From positions 96,001 to 160,000 of the forward strand of contig CAWBOS010000001.1 in assembly GCA_963790475.1 (NCBI GenBank): a stretch of DNA of 64,000 nt, read 5' to 3'. The position numbers and the translations under genes are program-made. The notes beneath the pieces are model-generated. The model saw only the letters and a list, made by a program, of their open reading frames with translations, had not been told where the DNA came from and searched no databases. This DNA comes from an uncultured delta proteobacterium (GTDB taxonomy: Bacteria > Desulfobacterota > RBG-13-43-22). This document shows positions 1-9,967 of the stretch, piece by piece (positions within the stretch are counted from its first letter, which is position 1; each line of letters opens with the position of its first letter).

Positions 1-947
1 GCATCCATCAAATCATAAAGATAATCCACCTTGGAACTAGTCATCTTCATTAACGGTATAGCGACCTGGCTGTCATGAAGCGATGCTGCGGTCAAGACGA
101 CACTCACCGGCAATCCGCAATCATTAACATCGGCATGGAGTTTATACCCGACCCAGGTCTCTTTGTACCCTTTGGAGTTCTTCTTGGTCCCTACGTCGCA
201 GTAAACCGGCAATTCTTTTAAGGCCTCTTCAACTGATTGCTCTCGTTGCCTGGTCAAGCGTTTGTCTTCCTTGGAATCACGGAGTTCTCCCTTGACTGGA
301 CGTCCTCTCTTCTTCGGCGCAGGCTTTTCTTTTACAGGCTTCTTAGTCGGCTTTTCCCGACCTTCTATGGCCGTTGCGTCTCGGGATATATGACCAACCA
401 GTTCCGGCTTTAAACAACGTTCCACCAGGGCTTCGTGAACTTTTTCGCCAAGCCCCCCTTCGGCAAACTCCGCAAAGGCCCTGGAAAAAGTGGCCTCAGA
501 GGGAATGTCGGATACCTTTTCGAACCCGCAGATGCGTCTTACATTAGACGTCGTTTTCAAATGTTCAATGGTTGATCTGGTGAAGGAATGGTTATAGACC
601 GTCTTGGCCACAAAAGCCCGCGCTATCGCTTGGCGCTCAAGGATCTTCCTCCCCATCCACTGATTTAAAGAACTCCGGGGAACATATCTTTCAACCTCAA
701 CCAGTTCCAATATCGTCACCAGCCGTTCCTCTTTTTCAGTCAAAGGCTGTTCCCAACATTCTTCTAAATCGGAAAATAAACCTTGTTGCAATCTACCCCT
801 TAACCATGATACTTTTTTCCAGAGCTTCATCGGTGTCTCCTGTGTTTTTTTGTGTTCTTTCTAAACATCATCTTAACACAGAACCACCGCTGAGGCTCAC
901 TCTTTATGCTTGTCTATTCCCTAAAAATAGACTTTTGCAAGAGGCTC
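1..947 (-). mobile_element. Insertion sequence (IS5/IS1182-like DDE), one end only; runs off the window
   Basis: Carries the transposase below; candidate terminus reads GAGCCTCTTGCAAAAGTC on the minus strand starting at 947. The other end is outside the window. Confidence 0.65.
3..830 (-). CDS. DDE transposase, C-terminus cut by the window edge
   Basis: Manual translation MKLWKKVSWL...PSEATFSRAF...HISRDATAIE...W-GYKLHADV...SLHDSQVAIPL...YDLMD; GGAG RBS upstream; not in the ORF track because it has no stop in the window. Confidence 0.85.
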   Translation of the reverse strand, partial: MKLWKKVSWLRGRLQQGLFSDLEECWEQPLTEKEERLVTILELVEVERYVPRSSLNQWMGRKILERQAIARAFVAKTVYNHSFTRSTIEHLKTTSNVRRICGFEKVSDIPSEATFSRAFAEFAEGGLGEKVHEALVERCLKPELVGHISRDATAIEGREKPTKKPVKEKPAPKKRGRPVKGELRDSKEDKRLTRQREQSVEEALKELPVYCDVGTKKNSKGYKETWVGYKLHADVNDCGLPVSVVLTAASLHDSQVAIPLMKMTSSKVDYLYDLMD

Positions 948-1108
948 ATTTCTTACTATCTTATTCAGGGAAGGTCAAGAAATTTCACCCAGCTCTTCAG
1001 CGATTACCAATTTATGGGTTCCTTTAAAAGGCCCGTTTAACCCCTGTTAATCTTCGATCTTTACGAAGGCATGAAATGGGGCGCAACTTTTTGGGGTGTT
1101 TCCCCTTG

Positions 1109-1234
1109 TCATTCTTCCCACCTCCTTAGGATTAGCCAAGTTCCGACAAAGGTCACCAGTGTCAAACCGATGATTAGGGCTCCCCAAACAAACCACGGAG
1201 CGAATAAAACCATTGGATCAACCTGCGGTTGCAT
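1109..1234 (-). CDS. Small single-pass membrane protein (41 aa)
   Basis: AGGAGG RBS 6 nt before ATG; MQPQVDPMVLFAPWFVWGALIIGLTLVTFVGTWLILRRWEE, a hydrophobic helix followed by RR. Confidence 0.6.
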   Translation of the reverse strand: MQPQVDPMVLFAPWFVWGALIIGLTLVTFVGTWLILRRWEE

Positions 1235-1361
1235 AGGATACCTCCTTTCAAATCTTTAGTAAGAATTTGCTTTTTACTAGGAAGGGTATAGATTTAGAAA
1301 CAGGCAGGATCAAGAATGAAAAAGGGGCGGAAGGGAAGGGGACGGAGGGGGCCCAACCCGG

Positions 1362-1425
1362 TAGACTGAATAGACCTGATAGACCACACCGAACATATGA
1401 CTAATCAGACCACATAGACTAGAGA
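1362..1425 (+). repeat. Degenerate 8-9 nt tandem repeat tract (AGACCARAT-like)
   Basis: agactgaat-agacctgat-agaccacac...; the same unit occurs at about 3134, 7181, 8125, 9341, 10722 and 12910. Confidence 0.7.
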
Positions 1426-1471
1426 GTCAATTCCCCGGAGATTGAGAATATGGATTAGAAATTATATTTAT

Positions 1472-1705
1472 TTAACAGGTTAACACCTTCAAAACATCTA
1501 TCACCCGGTTCTTAACGGATTCCTGAGGATCCAGAACATTCATATTCAGCGGGTCGGTGAAGAGTAAATCAAAATTCTTTTTTTTCAGGAGGGAGAGGGT
1601 AGCTTTCAATGAGATCATCGATTTGATCATTATCCCTCCCTGGATCAGGATGACCATGGCTTTCCAACTGGGGTCAATGTACAAAATCCTTTTGGGCCTT
1701 TCCAT
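1472..1705 (-). CDS. Hypothetical protein, possibly a degenerate receiver-like domain
   Basis: GAGGAG RBS; RILYID and FDLLFTD resemble receiver strands; follows a receiver gene on the same strand. Confidence 0.45.
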   Translation of the reverse strand: MERPKRILYIDPSWKAMVILIQGGIMIKSMISLKATLSLLKKKNFDLLFTDPLNMNVLDPQESVKNRVIDVLKVLTC

Positions 1706-1777
1706 TGTCTTTCTCCTCTAATATAGTTAGAGCACTTTTCTCAAAGCAATAGCCTTTTTGGATAGCTGTCTTTTTTT

Positions 1778-2137
1778 CTAATTGTTGAATTCCGAGACCT
1801 GGTTGATCAGGTCATCCATTAAAAAAGGTTTTCTTAGCACATTAATAGGAAAACTCCTTTTTTCTTCCTCAAGGAGGGAATTAAATTGTTCCAAATTGCC
1901 GCTCATATAGATTGTTTTAACCGAAGGATCCTGCTCCCTTATGTGATTTATCAGCTCAAATCCATTCTCCCCCGGCATTTGAATATCGGTGATCACTACG
2001 TCCGGTCGAAACTGAAAATATTCTGAATATCCCTCCAATCCATTAAAGGCGGAGCTTACTTCATGCCCTTTTCGCTCCAGCATACAACAGATAACAGTTG
2101 TCAGGGATTGGTTATCATCTACGATTAATATTTTCAT
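1778..2137 (-). CDS. Single-domain response regulator (CheY-like receiver)
   Basis: MKILIVDD, DVVITDIQMPGENG, MSG and KPF motifs. Confidence 0.92.
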   Translation of the reverse strand: MKILIVDDNQSLTTVICCMLERKGHEVSSAFNGLEGYSEYFQFRPDVVITDIQMPGENGFELINHIREQDPSVKTIYMSGNLEQFNSLLEEEKRSFPINVLRKPFLMDDLINQVSEFNN

Positions 2138-2228
2138 TTCGGGTTCTCCTTAGTAAAACGTCCCTAAGATTAGGTAGTAAATAATTTTCCCGCTTAATTA
2201 TCGGACAATCCTTTCAATAAATTAATAC

Positions 2229-2244
2229 GCAAAAAGTGTACCAA
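2229..2244 (-). promoter_or_regulatory. sigma54 (-24/-12) promoter
   Basis: Minus strand TTGGTACACTTTTTGC = GG-N10-GC, one mismatch to TGGCAC-N5-TTGC, about 90 nt upstream of the receiver gene. Confidence 0.65.
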
Positions 2245-2259
2245 AATAATAAATTTACA

Positions 2260-2272
2260 CAACTTGTTGATT
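2260..2272 (-). promoter_or_regulatory. IHF binding site
   Basis: AATCAACAAGTTG is an exact match to WATCAANNNNTTR, just upstream of the sigma54 motif. Confidence 0.6.
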
Positions 2273-2429
2273 TATAAGGAAAGTTATTCTCCAGGATTGC
2301 CCCAAGTGCCTAAAAACTGAATGGTTTTTCCTTCATTTTGGTGAGATAAGTGAAGGGTTTTAACATAAGATGAGTAAAAATAAATTTATTTACACAAAAT
2401 AAACATTTATTTCTTGAACAATTTGTTCT

Positions 2430-2861
2430 ATGGTGTTGGGCATGGATTACAATGAAGATTTTACAAAGGCTTTAATCAAATATTTAGAGCCCTTAGGGCG
2501 TGGGGGACAGACCAGACTGAGCCGCAAGACGGGGATTTCGAGCAATGTGATCTGTTCCATTGTCAAAGGAAGGCGAACTGCCAGCGAACGGACAAAGAAT
2601 AATATCGCCAACGCCCTCGGATATACTTACGATGAATTCTTGAACTTTGGCCGCGGTGATATCCCAAAGAACGACAACATTATCCCCATACGCCGCCGCC
2701 GGGACATGGACCCGAATTTTGCCAAGGTCGTAGCCTTGCTTGAGGAGATTTATGATTTAGGCAAAGAATCTCTTATCCTGGACCCGATCATCGTCATGAT
2801 CGAACAATTCCTGGTTTTATTGAAGGAGAACAAGAAGAGAAAAGTATCAGAAGGATTATAG
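2430..2861 (+). CDS. XRE-family helix-turn-helix protein
   Basis: QTRLSRKTGISSNVICSIVKGRR...IANALG HTH pattern; start may be 2442. Confidence 0.75.
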   Translation: MVLGMDYNEDFTKALIKYLEPLGRGGQTRLSRKTGISSNVICSIVKGRRTASERTKNNIANALGYTYDEFLNFGRGDIPKNDNIIPIRRRRDMDPNFAKVVALLEEIYDLGKESLILDPIIVMIEQFLVLLKENKKRKVSEGL

Positions 2862-2862
2862 G

Positions 2863-3167
2863 AGCCGAAACGAGAATAAACGAATGCGTTGAAATAAATA
2901 AAATGCTTTACGGCCTGATGAACAGTTTGAAGAAAAAAATGCGGAACTAAAATCTTTTCACTGACATCTTCTTCTGCTCTTTGTGAAGATCGACTTTGAT
3001 CTCAAGGAAAAGCAAGCCCAATACGGTAGGGGAAAAGGCAGACTAAAGGATTAGATTTTGACTGACTGTTTTTATCAATATTTTAGTTATTACCTTCAGC
3101 CTTCAGCCTTTGGTCTTCAGTTCCCTGTTTTCAACAGACCAGATAGACCAAATGACTAAACAGACTC
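2863..3167 (+). repeat. Copy of the 3' end of the four-helix-bundle gene plus its downstream region
   Basis: Near-identical to about 10452-10755 (gccgaaacgagaataaacgaatg...ggaaaaggcagactaaaggattagattttgactgactg...ttccctgtttt). Confidence 0.9.
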
Positions 3168-3194
3168 GAAAGCCGATTCTGAAAGGAAGGAAAA

Positions 3195-4415
3195 ATGAAG
3201 GTTAAACTGCCTCAGCTTCTCTGGTATGAGAACAATGATCTTGAGATTGATCTCCCCGATTCCTGGGATGTGGAGATATGCCCCATGCAAGGGGCCGAAG
3301 CCCCGGCGCTTTCCCCGGAACAGTTGAAAGACAGGATTTTAGCACCCATCGGCGCCAAACCGTTGCGGGAACTGGCGCGAGGGAAAAAAACAGCCGTGAT
3401 CATCTTCGATGATATGACCCGGCCCACCAATCCCGGTGAGATCGCTCCCTGGGTGATCGAGGAGCTTCTGGCCGGCGGGATCGCTGAGGAGGAGATCACC
3501 TTTGTCTGCGCCCTGGGCACCCACGGGGCCCTGACCCCCATCCAGTTTCGAAAGAAGCTGGGGAACCTGGTGGAAAAATTTCGTGTCTTCAACCACAATA
3601 TTTATGAAAACTGTGTTTCCGTGGGCAAGACCAGTCGGGGCACGACGATGATGATCAACCGGGAGGTGGCCGAGGCCGACCTCAAGATCGCCATCGGCTG
3701 TGTCACTCCCCACCCCCAGGCCGGGTTTTCCGGGGGAGGCAAGCTGATCCTGCCGGGAGTGGCCCATATCGACAGCATTAGCCATTACCACCTCCAGGTG
3801 GAGGCCCTGGACCGGGGTTCAACCGGGATGGGCAAACATCCGGGCAATATCCTCAGGATGGAGATCGACGAGGCCGCCTCCCTGGCCGGGATCGATTTTA
3901 TGATCAACGTCCTGGTGAACGGCCGGGGGAAGGCTGCCGCGGTTTTTGCCGGGGACCTTATGGCCGCCCATGCCCAGGCTGTAGCTATGGCCAAGAGCCA
4001 CTACGCCACCGAGCCCAAACCTGCGAACAAGGACCTGGCCATCAGTAACGCCTTTGTCAAACCCAACGAGTTCACCATCGCCCTTCTGCCCGGGCTCCTA
4101 TCCCTCAAAGAGTACACCGGCACCGTGGTCATCCTGGCCAACTCCCCCGAGGGTCAGGTGATCCACTATCTCCTTGGCCGCTGGGGAAGGGGCTATGGGG
4201 GGCGGCAATATCCGGTAACCGCCGTTCCCGAGAGGATCAGACTCATTGTTATGGCCCCCTGCTTTGACCGGACCTTCGGAGACTGGTTTGCTAATCCCGA
4301 GGCCGTGACCTGGACCAGGAGCTGGCCGGAGACCCTGGCGCTCCTGGAGAAGGATTTTGGGCCAGGCACATCCGCTGCCGTGATTCCCAACGGCACCATG
4401 CAATATTTCAGGTAA
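3195..4415 (+). CDS. larA: LarA-family nickel-pincer racemase/epimerase (DUF2088)
   Basis: DDMTRPT, ALGTHG, PHPQAGFSGGGKLILPGVA motifs. Confidence 0.85.
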   Translation: MKVKLPQLLWYENNDLEIDLPDSWDVEICPMQGAEAPALSPEQLKDRILAPIGAKPLRELARGKKTAVIIFDDMTRPTNPGEIAPWVIEELLAGGIAEEEITFVCALGTHGALTPIQFRKKLGNLVEKFRVFNHNIYENCVSVGKTSRGTTMMINREVAEADLKIAIGCVTPHPQAGFSGGGKLILPGVAHIDSISHYHLQVEALDRGSTGMGKHPGNILRMEIDEAASLAGIDFMINVLVNGRGKAAAVFAGDLMAAHAQAVAMAKSHYATEPKPANKDLAISNAFVKPNEFTIALLPGLLSLKEYTGTVVILANSPEGQVIHYLLGRWGRGYGGRQYPVTAVPERIRLIVMAPCFDRTFGDWFANPEAVTWTRSWPETLALLEKDFGPGTSAAVIPNGTMQYFR

Positions 4416-4515
4416 AATGATTAATGGAGAGGAAAAGTGGCGGTTGTTTTTGAAGGACTCAAGGTCATAGATGTATCGCAAACATCCATCTTTAGGAACT
4501 CCTCAAAACGGGCGT

Positions 4516-4641
4516 CCCAATTCTCGGTTTGGAATCGGAATAGGTAAAGGAAGGATAGAGGTTGTCTCCCAATAGTGGCCAAATTTAAACTTGTAATTTA
4601 AATATGTCCATAGTCACTAACATCTTCTTCTGTTCTTTATG
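4516..4641 (+). repeat. Intergenic repeat duplicated at about 9211-9336
   Basis: Shared ccaatagtggccaaatttaaacttgtaatttaaatatgtccatagtcactaacatcttcttctgttctt. Confidence 0.9.
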
Positions 4642-4716
4642 CGCGGAGTGAATGAATTGGACTACGTTCCCCTTTTGACTTTTCCGATCATCCCGTGGGA
4701 AAAATTGAAACGAAAT

Positions 4717-5592
4717 TTACCTCGCCGGATGTTTTTTCCAGAACTTTCTGAGGTCGCCGGAAACGATCATCCACACAATCGAAGGAAAATGTCTGCTCAT
4801 GAACCAGGTAAATTTGTTCATCGCGCCGGGAACGATTGTAAATTTACTGCCCGCGATCCCTTTTAGAAAGGTCAAAGCGATGGTTTCCGGCTTCATGACC
4901 TTGATGTTTCCCGACAGCGCTTTTGTCTCCGGGGGCTTGATTTTATTCTCTTCCTGCAACTGCGGCGTGTCCGTGTCAGGCGGATATATCACGGAAACAG
5001 TGATGTTGTAAGGAAGAAGGTCCTGGCGCAGGCATTCGGAAAATCCGACAACCGCGTATTTCGCGGGTCCGTACGCGGCATAGCCGAACACTCCCATGTA
5101 GCCGAGAACCGACGAAACGTTGGCGATGCTGCCTTGTTTCCGCTCCATGAAATACGGCAGAAAGGCGCGCACCATGTTGACCGTCCCCATATAGTCCACC
5201 TGTATCATCGAATCCCAGACGGAATCAGGGATTTTGTCGACATACCCGGGCCAGGTGATGCCGGCGCAATTGATCAGGACGTCGATACCGCCGAGGGTGC
5301 CCACGATGCCCGCGGCCGCCTCCTTGCCTGCGGCTCGGTCCGATACGTCAAGTACCACCGGGAAGATTTTCTGGCCCTGATTTTTTGCCGCCGCCCTGAT
5401 TTCAGCGCAGGCCGTTTCGAGCCTGGCCGAATCGCGGGCGACAATGCAGACATGCGCGCCCCATCCCGCACAGACGCATGCCGTAGCCTTGCCGATGCCG
5501 CTCGATCCGCCGGTTATGACGATCCTCTTGTTTGAATACCAATCCAGGGGTTTTTCCGCGGCAGTCGTGACCTCCCGGACGAAAACGGCCAT
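4717..5592 (-). CDS. SDR oxidoreductase, 3-ketodihydrosphingosine reductase (KDSR/Tsc10)-like
   Basis: TGGSSGIG, NCAG, YxxxK (YGPAK) and the KDSR-type YPPDTDTPxLxEENKIKPxET segment; 5 nt downstream of the SPT-like gene. Confidence 0.75.
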   Translation of the reverse strand: MAVFVREVTTAAEKPLDWYSNKRIVITGGSSGIGKATACVCAGWGAHVCIVARDSARLETACAEIRAAAKNQGQKIFPVVLDVSDRAAGKEAAAGIVGTLGGIDVLINCAGITWPGYVDKIPDSVWDSMIQVDYMGTVNMVRAFLPYFMERKQGSIANVSSVLGYMGVFGYAAYGPAKYAVVGFSECLRQDLLPYNITVSVIYPPDTDTPQLQEENKIKPPETKALSGNIKVMKPETIALTFLKGIAGSKFTIVPGAMNKFTWFMSRHFPSIVWMIVSGDLRKFWKKHPAR

Positions 5593-5597
5593 TTTCC

Positions 5598-6800
5598 TTA
5601 CTCCTTTATGACGCCGAGCTTTTTTCCGACGGCATGGAACTTGTCAAGGGCCCGGTCGATCTGGTCTGCAGTATGCGTGGCCATGAGGCTGACGCGGAGA
5701 AGGGAATGGCCGGTCTCGACCGCAGGGCTGATGACGGGATTGACAAAAATGCCTTCTTCCTGGAGCATCATGCACATCCTGAAACAGGTGAGGTCTTCGC
5801 CGATATATACGGGCAGGATCGGCGTCTGAGAGCCACCGAGGTTGTACCCCAGGGAAAGAAGACCGCTCGACATGCGACGGGAATTGTCCCATAGGTGCCG
5901 GATGCGCTCGGGCTCGGACTCAAGAATGCTGAGCGCGGCCATGGCGGCTCCGACGTTCGCCGGCGCGATGCTGGCACTGAAGATGAAGGCGCGAGAATGG
6001 TGCTTGAGATAGTCTATGGTGGCGGTGTCGCCGGCGATGAACCCGCCCACGCTCGCCAGCGACTTGCTGAATGTTCCCATGACGAGATCGACCCTGTCCG
6101 TGACGCCGAAATAAGAACAGGTCCCCCTGCCCTGGTTGCCGAGCACGCCGATGCCGTGCGCTTCGTCGACCATGACTGCCGCGTTGAATTTGTCGGCAAG
6201 GTCCACGATGCCCGGCAGCGGGGCAATGTCGCCTTCCATGCTGAACACACCGTCGACCACGATCAGTTTGCCCTGGTCCGGTTTGCAGGCCGCAAGCGTG
6301 CGTTCAAGGCTGGTCAAATCGTTGTGCTGGTAACGCGAGATCCGGCCATATCCCAGCCGGGCGCCATCGATGATGCTGGCGTGGTCCAACTTGTCAAGAA
6401 TGACGTGCTCGTTCCGGGTGATTATCGCGGAAATGGTGCCGAGGTTCGCCTGCATGCCTGTTGCGTATAACTGCGCCGCGTCCTTGTGGACGAACCGGGC
6501 CAGCCGTTCTTCGCATTCGATGTGGATGTCAAGGGTGCCGTTCAGAAAGCGTGATCCGCCGCAGCCGGTTCCGTACTTCCGGATCGCCGCCATGGCGCCT
6601 TCTTTTACTTTTGGATGGCTGGTCAGGCCGAGATAGCTGTTTGATCCGAACATCAGGACCTTTTTGCCGCCGAGAAGCACTTCCGTATCCTGGTCGGATT
6701 GAATCGGCCTGAAATAGGGATACAGGTTCATTGCCCGTACCTGCTGGGGGTCCTTATAGTCAACCGCTTTTTTCAGCAGGGGATTGCCTGTTCTATTCAT
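5598..6800 (-). CDS. spt: PLP-dependent alpha-oxoamine synthase, probable serine palmitoyltransferase
   Basis: LYPYFRPI, MFGSNSYLGL, GSRFLNGT, DHASIIDG, DEAHG and GTFSKSL (PLP Lys) match bacterial SPTs; adjacent KDSR-like gene. Confidence 0.75.
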   Translation of the reverse strand: MNRTGNPLLKKAVDYKDPQQVRAMNLYPYFRPIQSDQDTEVLLGGKKVLMFGSNSYLGLTSHPKVKEGAMAAIRKYGTGCGGSRFLNGTLDIHIECEERLARFVHKDAAQLYATGMQANLGTISAIITRNEHVILDKLDHASIIDGARLGYGRISRYQHNDLTSLERTLAACKPDQGKLIVVDGVFSMEGDIAPLPGIVDLADKFNAAVMVDEAHGIGVLGNQGRGTCSYFGVTDRVDLVMGTFSKSLASVGGFIAGDTATIDYLKHHSRAFIFSASIAPANVGAAMAALSILESEPERIRHLWDNSRRMSSGLLSLGYNLGGSQTPILPVYIGEDLTCFRMCMMLQEEGIFVNPVISPAVETGHSLLRVSLMATHTADQIDRALDKFHAVGKKLGVIKE

Positions 6801-7267
6801 ATCCGCACCACCTTAGGGTAAAAGCTCATCAAGGGATACCAGTGTAACAAAAAATTATAATTTCCGGGGATAATCATTAAAAACTATTGAAAAAGGCAAT
6901 GAAGCGCTATTTAATAAGAAGTTGCTTTTTGATGGCAAGACTATAAAACAAGGGAAAGAACACCGTCAAGGAGAAAAACAGAGCGGAAGGCAAGTGGACA
7001 AAGGGGGTCTTCGGTAAAGGAACCTGGTCGATCCTTCCGAGGGCATAAATGGGGCGCAATCCTTTTTGGGTGTTTTCCTTTATGATTGACCTTAACTGTT
7101 TGTTATGGTTAATATTATAAAATTTTTATTTTTGGCTTTAATAATTCCGGCAACATCTTCTTCTGTTCTTTATGGTCGGCCAGACAGACCAAACAGACCT
7201 GATACACTCAATAGACCAAATGACCAAACAGACCAGACAGACCGGATAGAAACAGGGAGGGGAGAGT

Positions 7268-7972
7268 TTAGCTTTTTTCTTTGATACGGTCCTTCAAACT
7301 TTGGTTCAGTTTCCACCAGGTTTTTTCTACCTGCTCGCGGGTATGCTCCAAAGATCCGGAATTGTCTACAATCAGGTCACAATATCCTTTTTTCTCCTCC
7401 ACGGACATTTGAGATCGGATGATGTTCCTGGCTAATTCCTCACTGCTGCCATCCCGTTCGATCAGCCGTTTTAACTGAACTTCCTCCGGAACAGAGACCA
7501 GCAACAGATGATCAAACATAGACTGCATATTGGTTTCAATGAGAAGCGAAACCACGACTTCGATGATGAGCGGTTCTTTTTCTTGGGCATATCCTTCGAT
7601 TTGAAGCAAAAATTCTTTCCAGATTCTGAGGTGGGTAAAGCTTTCCAGTTTTCTAAGTTTTTTCATGTCCTGAAAAACGATTTCTTTCAACTTCTTCCGA
7701 TCGAGGGTTTTATCAGCCGCCAAGACCTGTTTTCCAAAAAAGGAAACAATGTCCTGATAAGCCGGCCGCCCGGGTTTCATAACCCCCCGGCTCAAGACAT
7801 CAAAATCAATGATCCTGGCCCCCATTGCTTCCAGCATCCCGGCCACGGTAGACTTTCCGGCAGCAATACCGCCCGTTACCCCAAGGAGGATTAAGGGCGC
7901 GGAAAAGGATTTGAGCCGGGATAGAAGCTCCGTTCTACGAACGGATCTGTCCTCATCTCGTTTTGTGTTCAC
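7268..7972 (-). CDS. coaE: Dephospho-CoA kinase
   Basis: GVTGGIAAGKST P-loop, LDRKKL, RLIERDG, SQM and DNSG motifs. Confidence 0.9.
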   Translation of the reverse strand: MNTKRDEDRSVRRTELLSRLKSFSAPLILLGVTGGIAAGKSTVAGMLEAMGARIIDFDVLSRGVMKPGRPAYQDIVSFFGKQVLAADKTLDRKKLKEIVFQDMKKLRKLESFTHLRIWKEFLLQIEGYAQEKEPLIIEVVVSLLIETNMQSMFDHLLLVSVPEEVQLKRLIERDGSSEELARNIIRSQMSVEEKKGYCDLIVDNSGSLEHTREQVEKTWWKLNQSLKDRIKEKS

Positions 7973-8262
7973 GACGGTTTCCTCATCGGATATAAGAACG
8001 ATGATTTATTAAAATAGTTGGGTCTGCCCCTTCTTGGTTCAATATTATATGAGGCCTACTATATTCCGGGTTTTTGAGCAATTAAAAACATCGGATGAGG
8101 CAGCAGCGAACATTGATTAACGGGGATAGACTAGATAGACTGGATAGCCAGAAAAGGTTGACTTTAACCGTTTGTTATGGTTTAGATAAATCATTCCATG
8201 ATAGCTTTTTGAACCGTCATCTTTGTGGTTAAAATTTGCCGTATCTTAAACAAGAAGGGATT

Positions 8263-8385
8263 GTGACGGGAAAAGAAGATTTGGTTTCTCAGGAAATTAT
8301 TGAGAGCAAAATTTTTCTTATCAGAGGCAAGAAGATCATGCTGGACCGTGATTTGGCTGTTCTCTATGGAGTTGAGACAAACATC
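8263..8385 (+). pseudogene. ORF6N DNA-binding domain, N-terminal fragment
   Basis: IESKIFLIRGKKIMLDRDLAVLYGVET, then similarity stops abruptly. Confidence 0.75.
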
Positions 8386-8410
8386 TTGATTTGGAGGCAG
8401 GAGAATAAGG

Positions 8411-9046
8411 ATGAAAGTCGTCGCATTTAATGGGAGTCCGAGAAAAAACGGAAATACGGCGGGATCGCTGAAAACGGTTATTTCAGAACTTGAAAAACAA
8501 GGTATTGAGACGGAACTGATCCATGTGGGTAAAGAAAAAATACGGGGATGCTTGTCCTGTTTTGCCTGCGTCAAAAACCAAAACGAAAGATGTGCGACGG
8601 AGGATGACCCGGTGAATGACTGGATTCAAAAAATGAAACAGGCAGACGGTATCCTTCTTGGCTCTCCGGTCTATTTTTCCGGAGTCGCCGGAACCATGAA
8701 GTCCTTTCTTGACAGGGCGTTTTTTGTCATTTCCATGAACAAGGGTCTGCTCCGTCATAAAGTGGGGGCATCTGTTGTTGCGGTAAGGCGTTCGGGGGGG
8801 ATCCCCACCTTGGATTCCTTGAATCACTATATTCTCTATTCTGAAATGATCATACCGGGTTCCAATTACTGGACTGTTGCCCATGGGATGAATCCGGGAG
8901 AGATGGAAAAAGACAGCGAGGGCAAACAGATCATGGAGGTTCTTGGCAAAAATATGGCTTGGCTTTTGAAAGTCATGGAGGCAGGGAAAAAAGAAGTCCC
9001 TCCACCGGAACCTGTGGCTAAAATATCTACCAATTTCATTCGGTAG
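8411..9046 (+). CDS. Iron-sulfur flavoprotein / flavodoxin-family FMN reductase
   Basis: NGSPRKNGNT, CxxCxxC-x7-C, GSPVY and MKSFLDR. Confidence 0.9.
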   Translation: MKVVAFNGSPRKNGNTAGSLKTVISELEKQGIETELIHVGKEKIRGCLSCFACVKNQNERCATEDDPVNDWIQKMKQADGILLGSPVYFSGVAGTMKSFLDRAFFVISMNKGLLRHKVGASVVAVRRSGGIPTLDSLNHYILYSEMIIPGSNYWTVAHGMNPGEMEKDSEGKQIMEVLGKNMAWLLKVMEAGKKEVPPPEPVAKISTNFIR

Positions 9047-9070
9047 CGGATTGCCCCCACGACAGACAAA

Positions 9071-9200
9071 GCAGATGATAATGGGGTCATACGAAGATGT
9101 TAGGGAAAGAAGTGATGAACAGTTTAAAGAAAAAAATGCGGGACTAACATCTTTTCACTGATATCTGTATTTGGAGGCATCTTCTCACTAACATCTGCAT
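9071..9200 (+). pseudogene. Internally deleted four-helix-bundle cassette
   Basis: 9097-9147 encodes MLGKEV fused to MNSLKKKMRD*, the first and last residues of the 10156 gene family, with the same inverted flanking motifs. Confidence 0.8.
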
Positions 9201-9468
9201 TGGGGCACCTCCCAATGCTTGGTTTGGAGTCGGAATGGGCAGAGGGAAGATATAGGTTGTTTTCCAATAGTGGCCAAATTTAAACTTGTAATTTAAATAT
9301 GTCCATAGTCACTAACATCTTCTTCTGTTCTTCATGGTCGGCCAGACAGACCAGACAGACCAGAAAGGGTTGAAAGATAAGATCAAAAGTGAATGAATTG
9401 GACAACGCCCCCGTTTCCGGGAAAAATAGAAACGAAAAAGGCCAGGTCATGAGGAGCGAAACCGGGAG

Positions 9469-9867
9469 ATGACAGCGCAGAAAGAAAAATCTCGTGGGGA
9501 AATCGTCCTTTACCAGGCACCGGATGGCAAGGTTGAGCTAACTATCCGACTTGAGCGGGAAAGCCTTTGGTTGAGCCAAAAACAAATGTCGTTGCTTTTT
9601 GATAAAGACACCGACACGATCAGTTTGCATATCCGTAATATATACAAAGAAGGTGAATTGGAAGAATCGGCAACTACCGAGGAATCCTCGGTAGTTCAAA
9701 AGGAGGGTAAAAGACAGGTCCGCCGTAATGTTCGCCTGTATAACCTCGATGCCGTTCTCTCAGTGGGTTACCGGGTCAACTCGAAGCGCGGCACTCAGTT
9801 TCGTATCTGGGCGAACAATGTTTTAAAAGAATATCTGGTAAGAGGTTTTGTCCTTCCATTACGCTGA
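9469..9867 (+). pseudogene. RhuM-family DNA-binding protein, truncated N-terminal part
   Basis: LWLSQKQMSLLF...ISLHIRNIYKEGEL...YNLDAVLSVGYRVNSKRGTQFRIWA; ends after YLVRGF. Confidence 0.8.
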
Positions 9868-9967
9868 TGATTGCTGAAAGCAATCCCAGTGAAATGGAAA
9901 CGGTGAAAAATATCGTTCTGAGCATTCTGAACAGGAGCAGACAATCGTGACGGCGTGCGCCGGCTCA

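Noticed and set aside
5598-6800. bioF (8-amino-7-oxononanoate synthase)
   Set aside because: The N-terminal YPYFR and GSRFLNGT pattern and the KDSR-like neighbour favour SPT, and no bio genes are nearby; not formally excluded.
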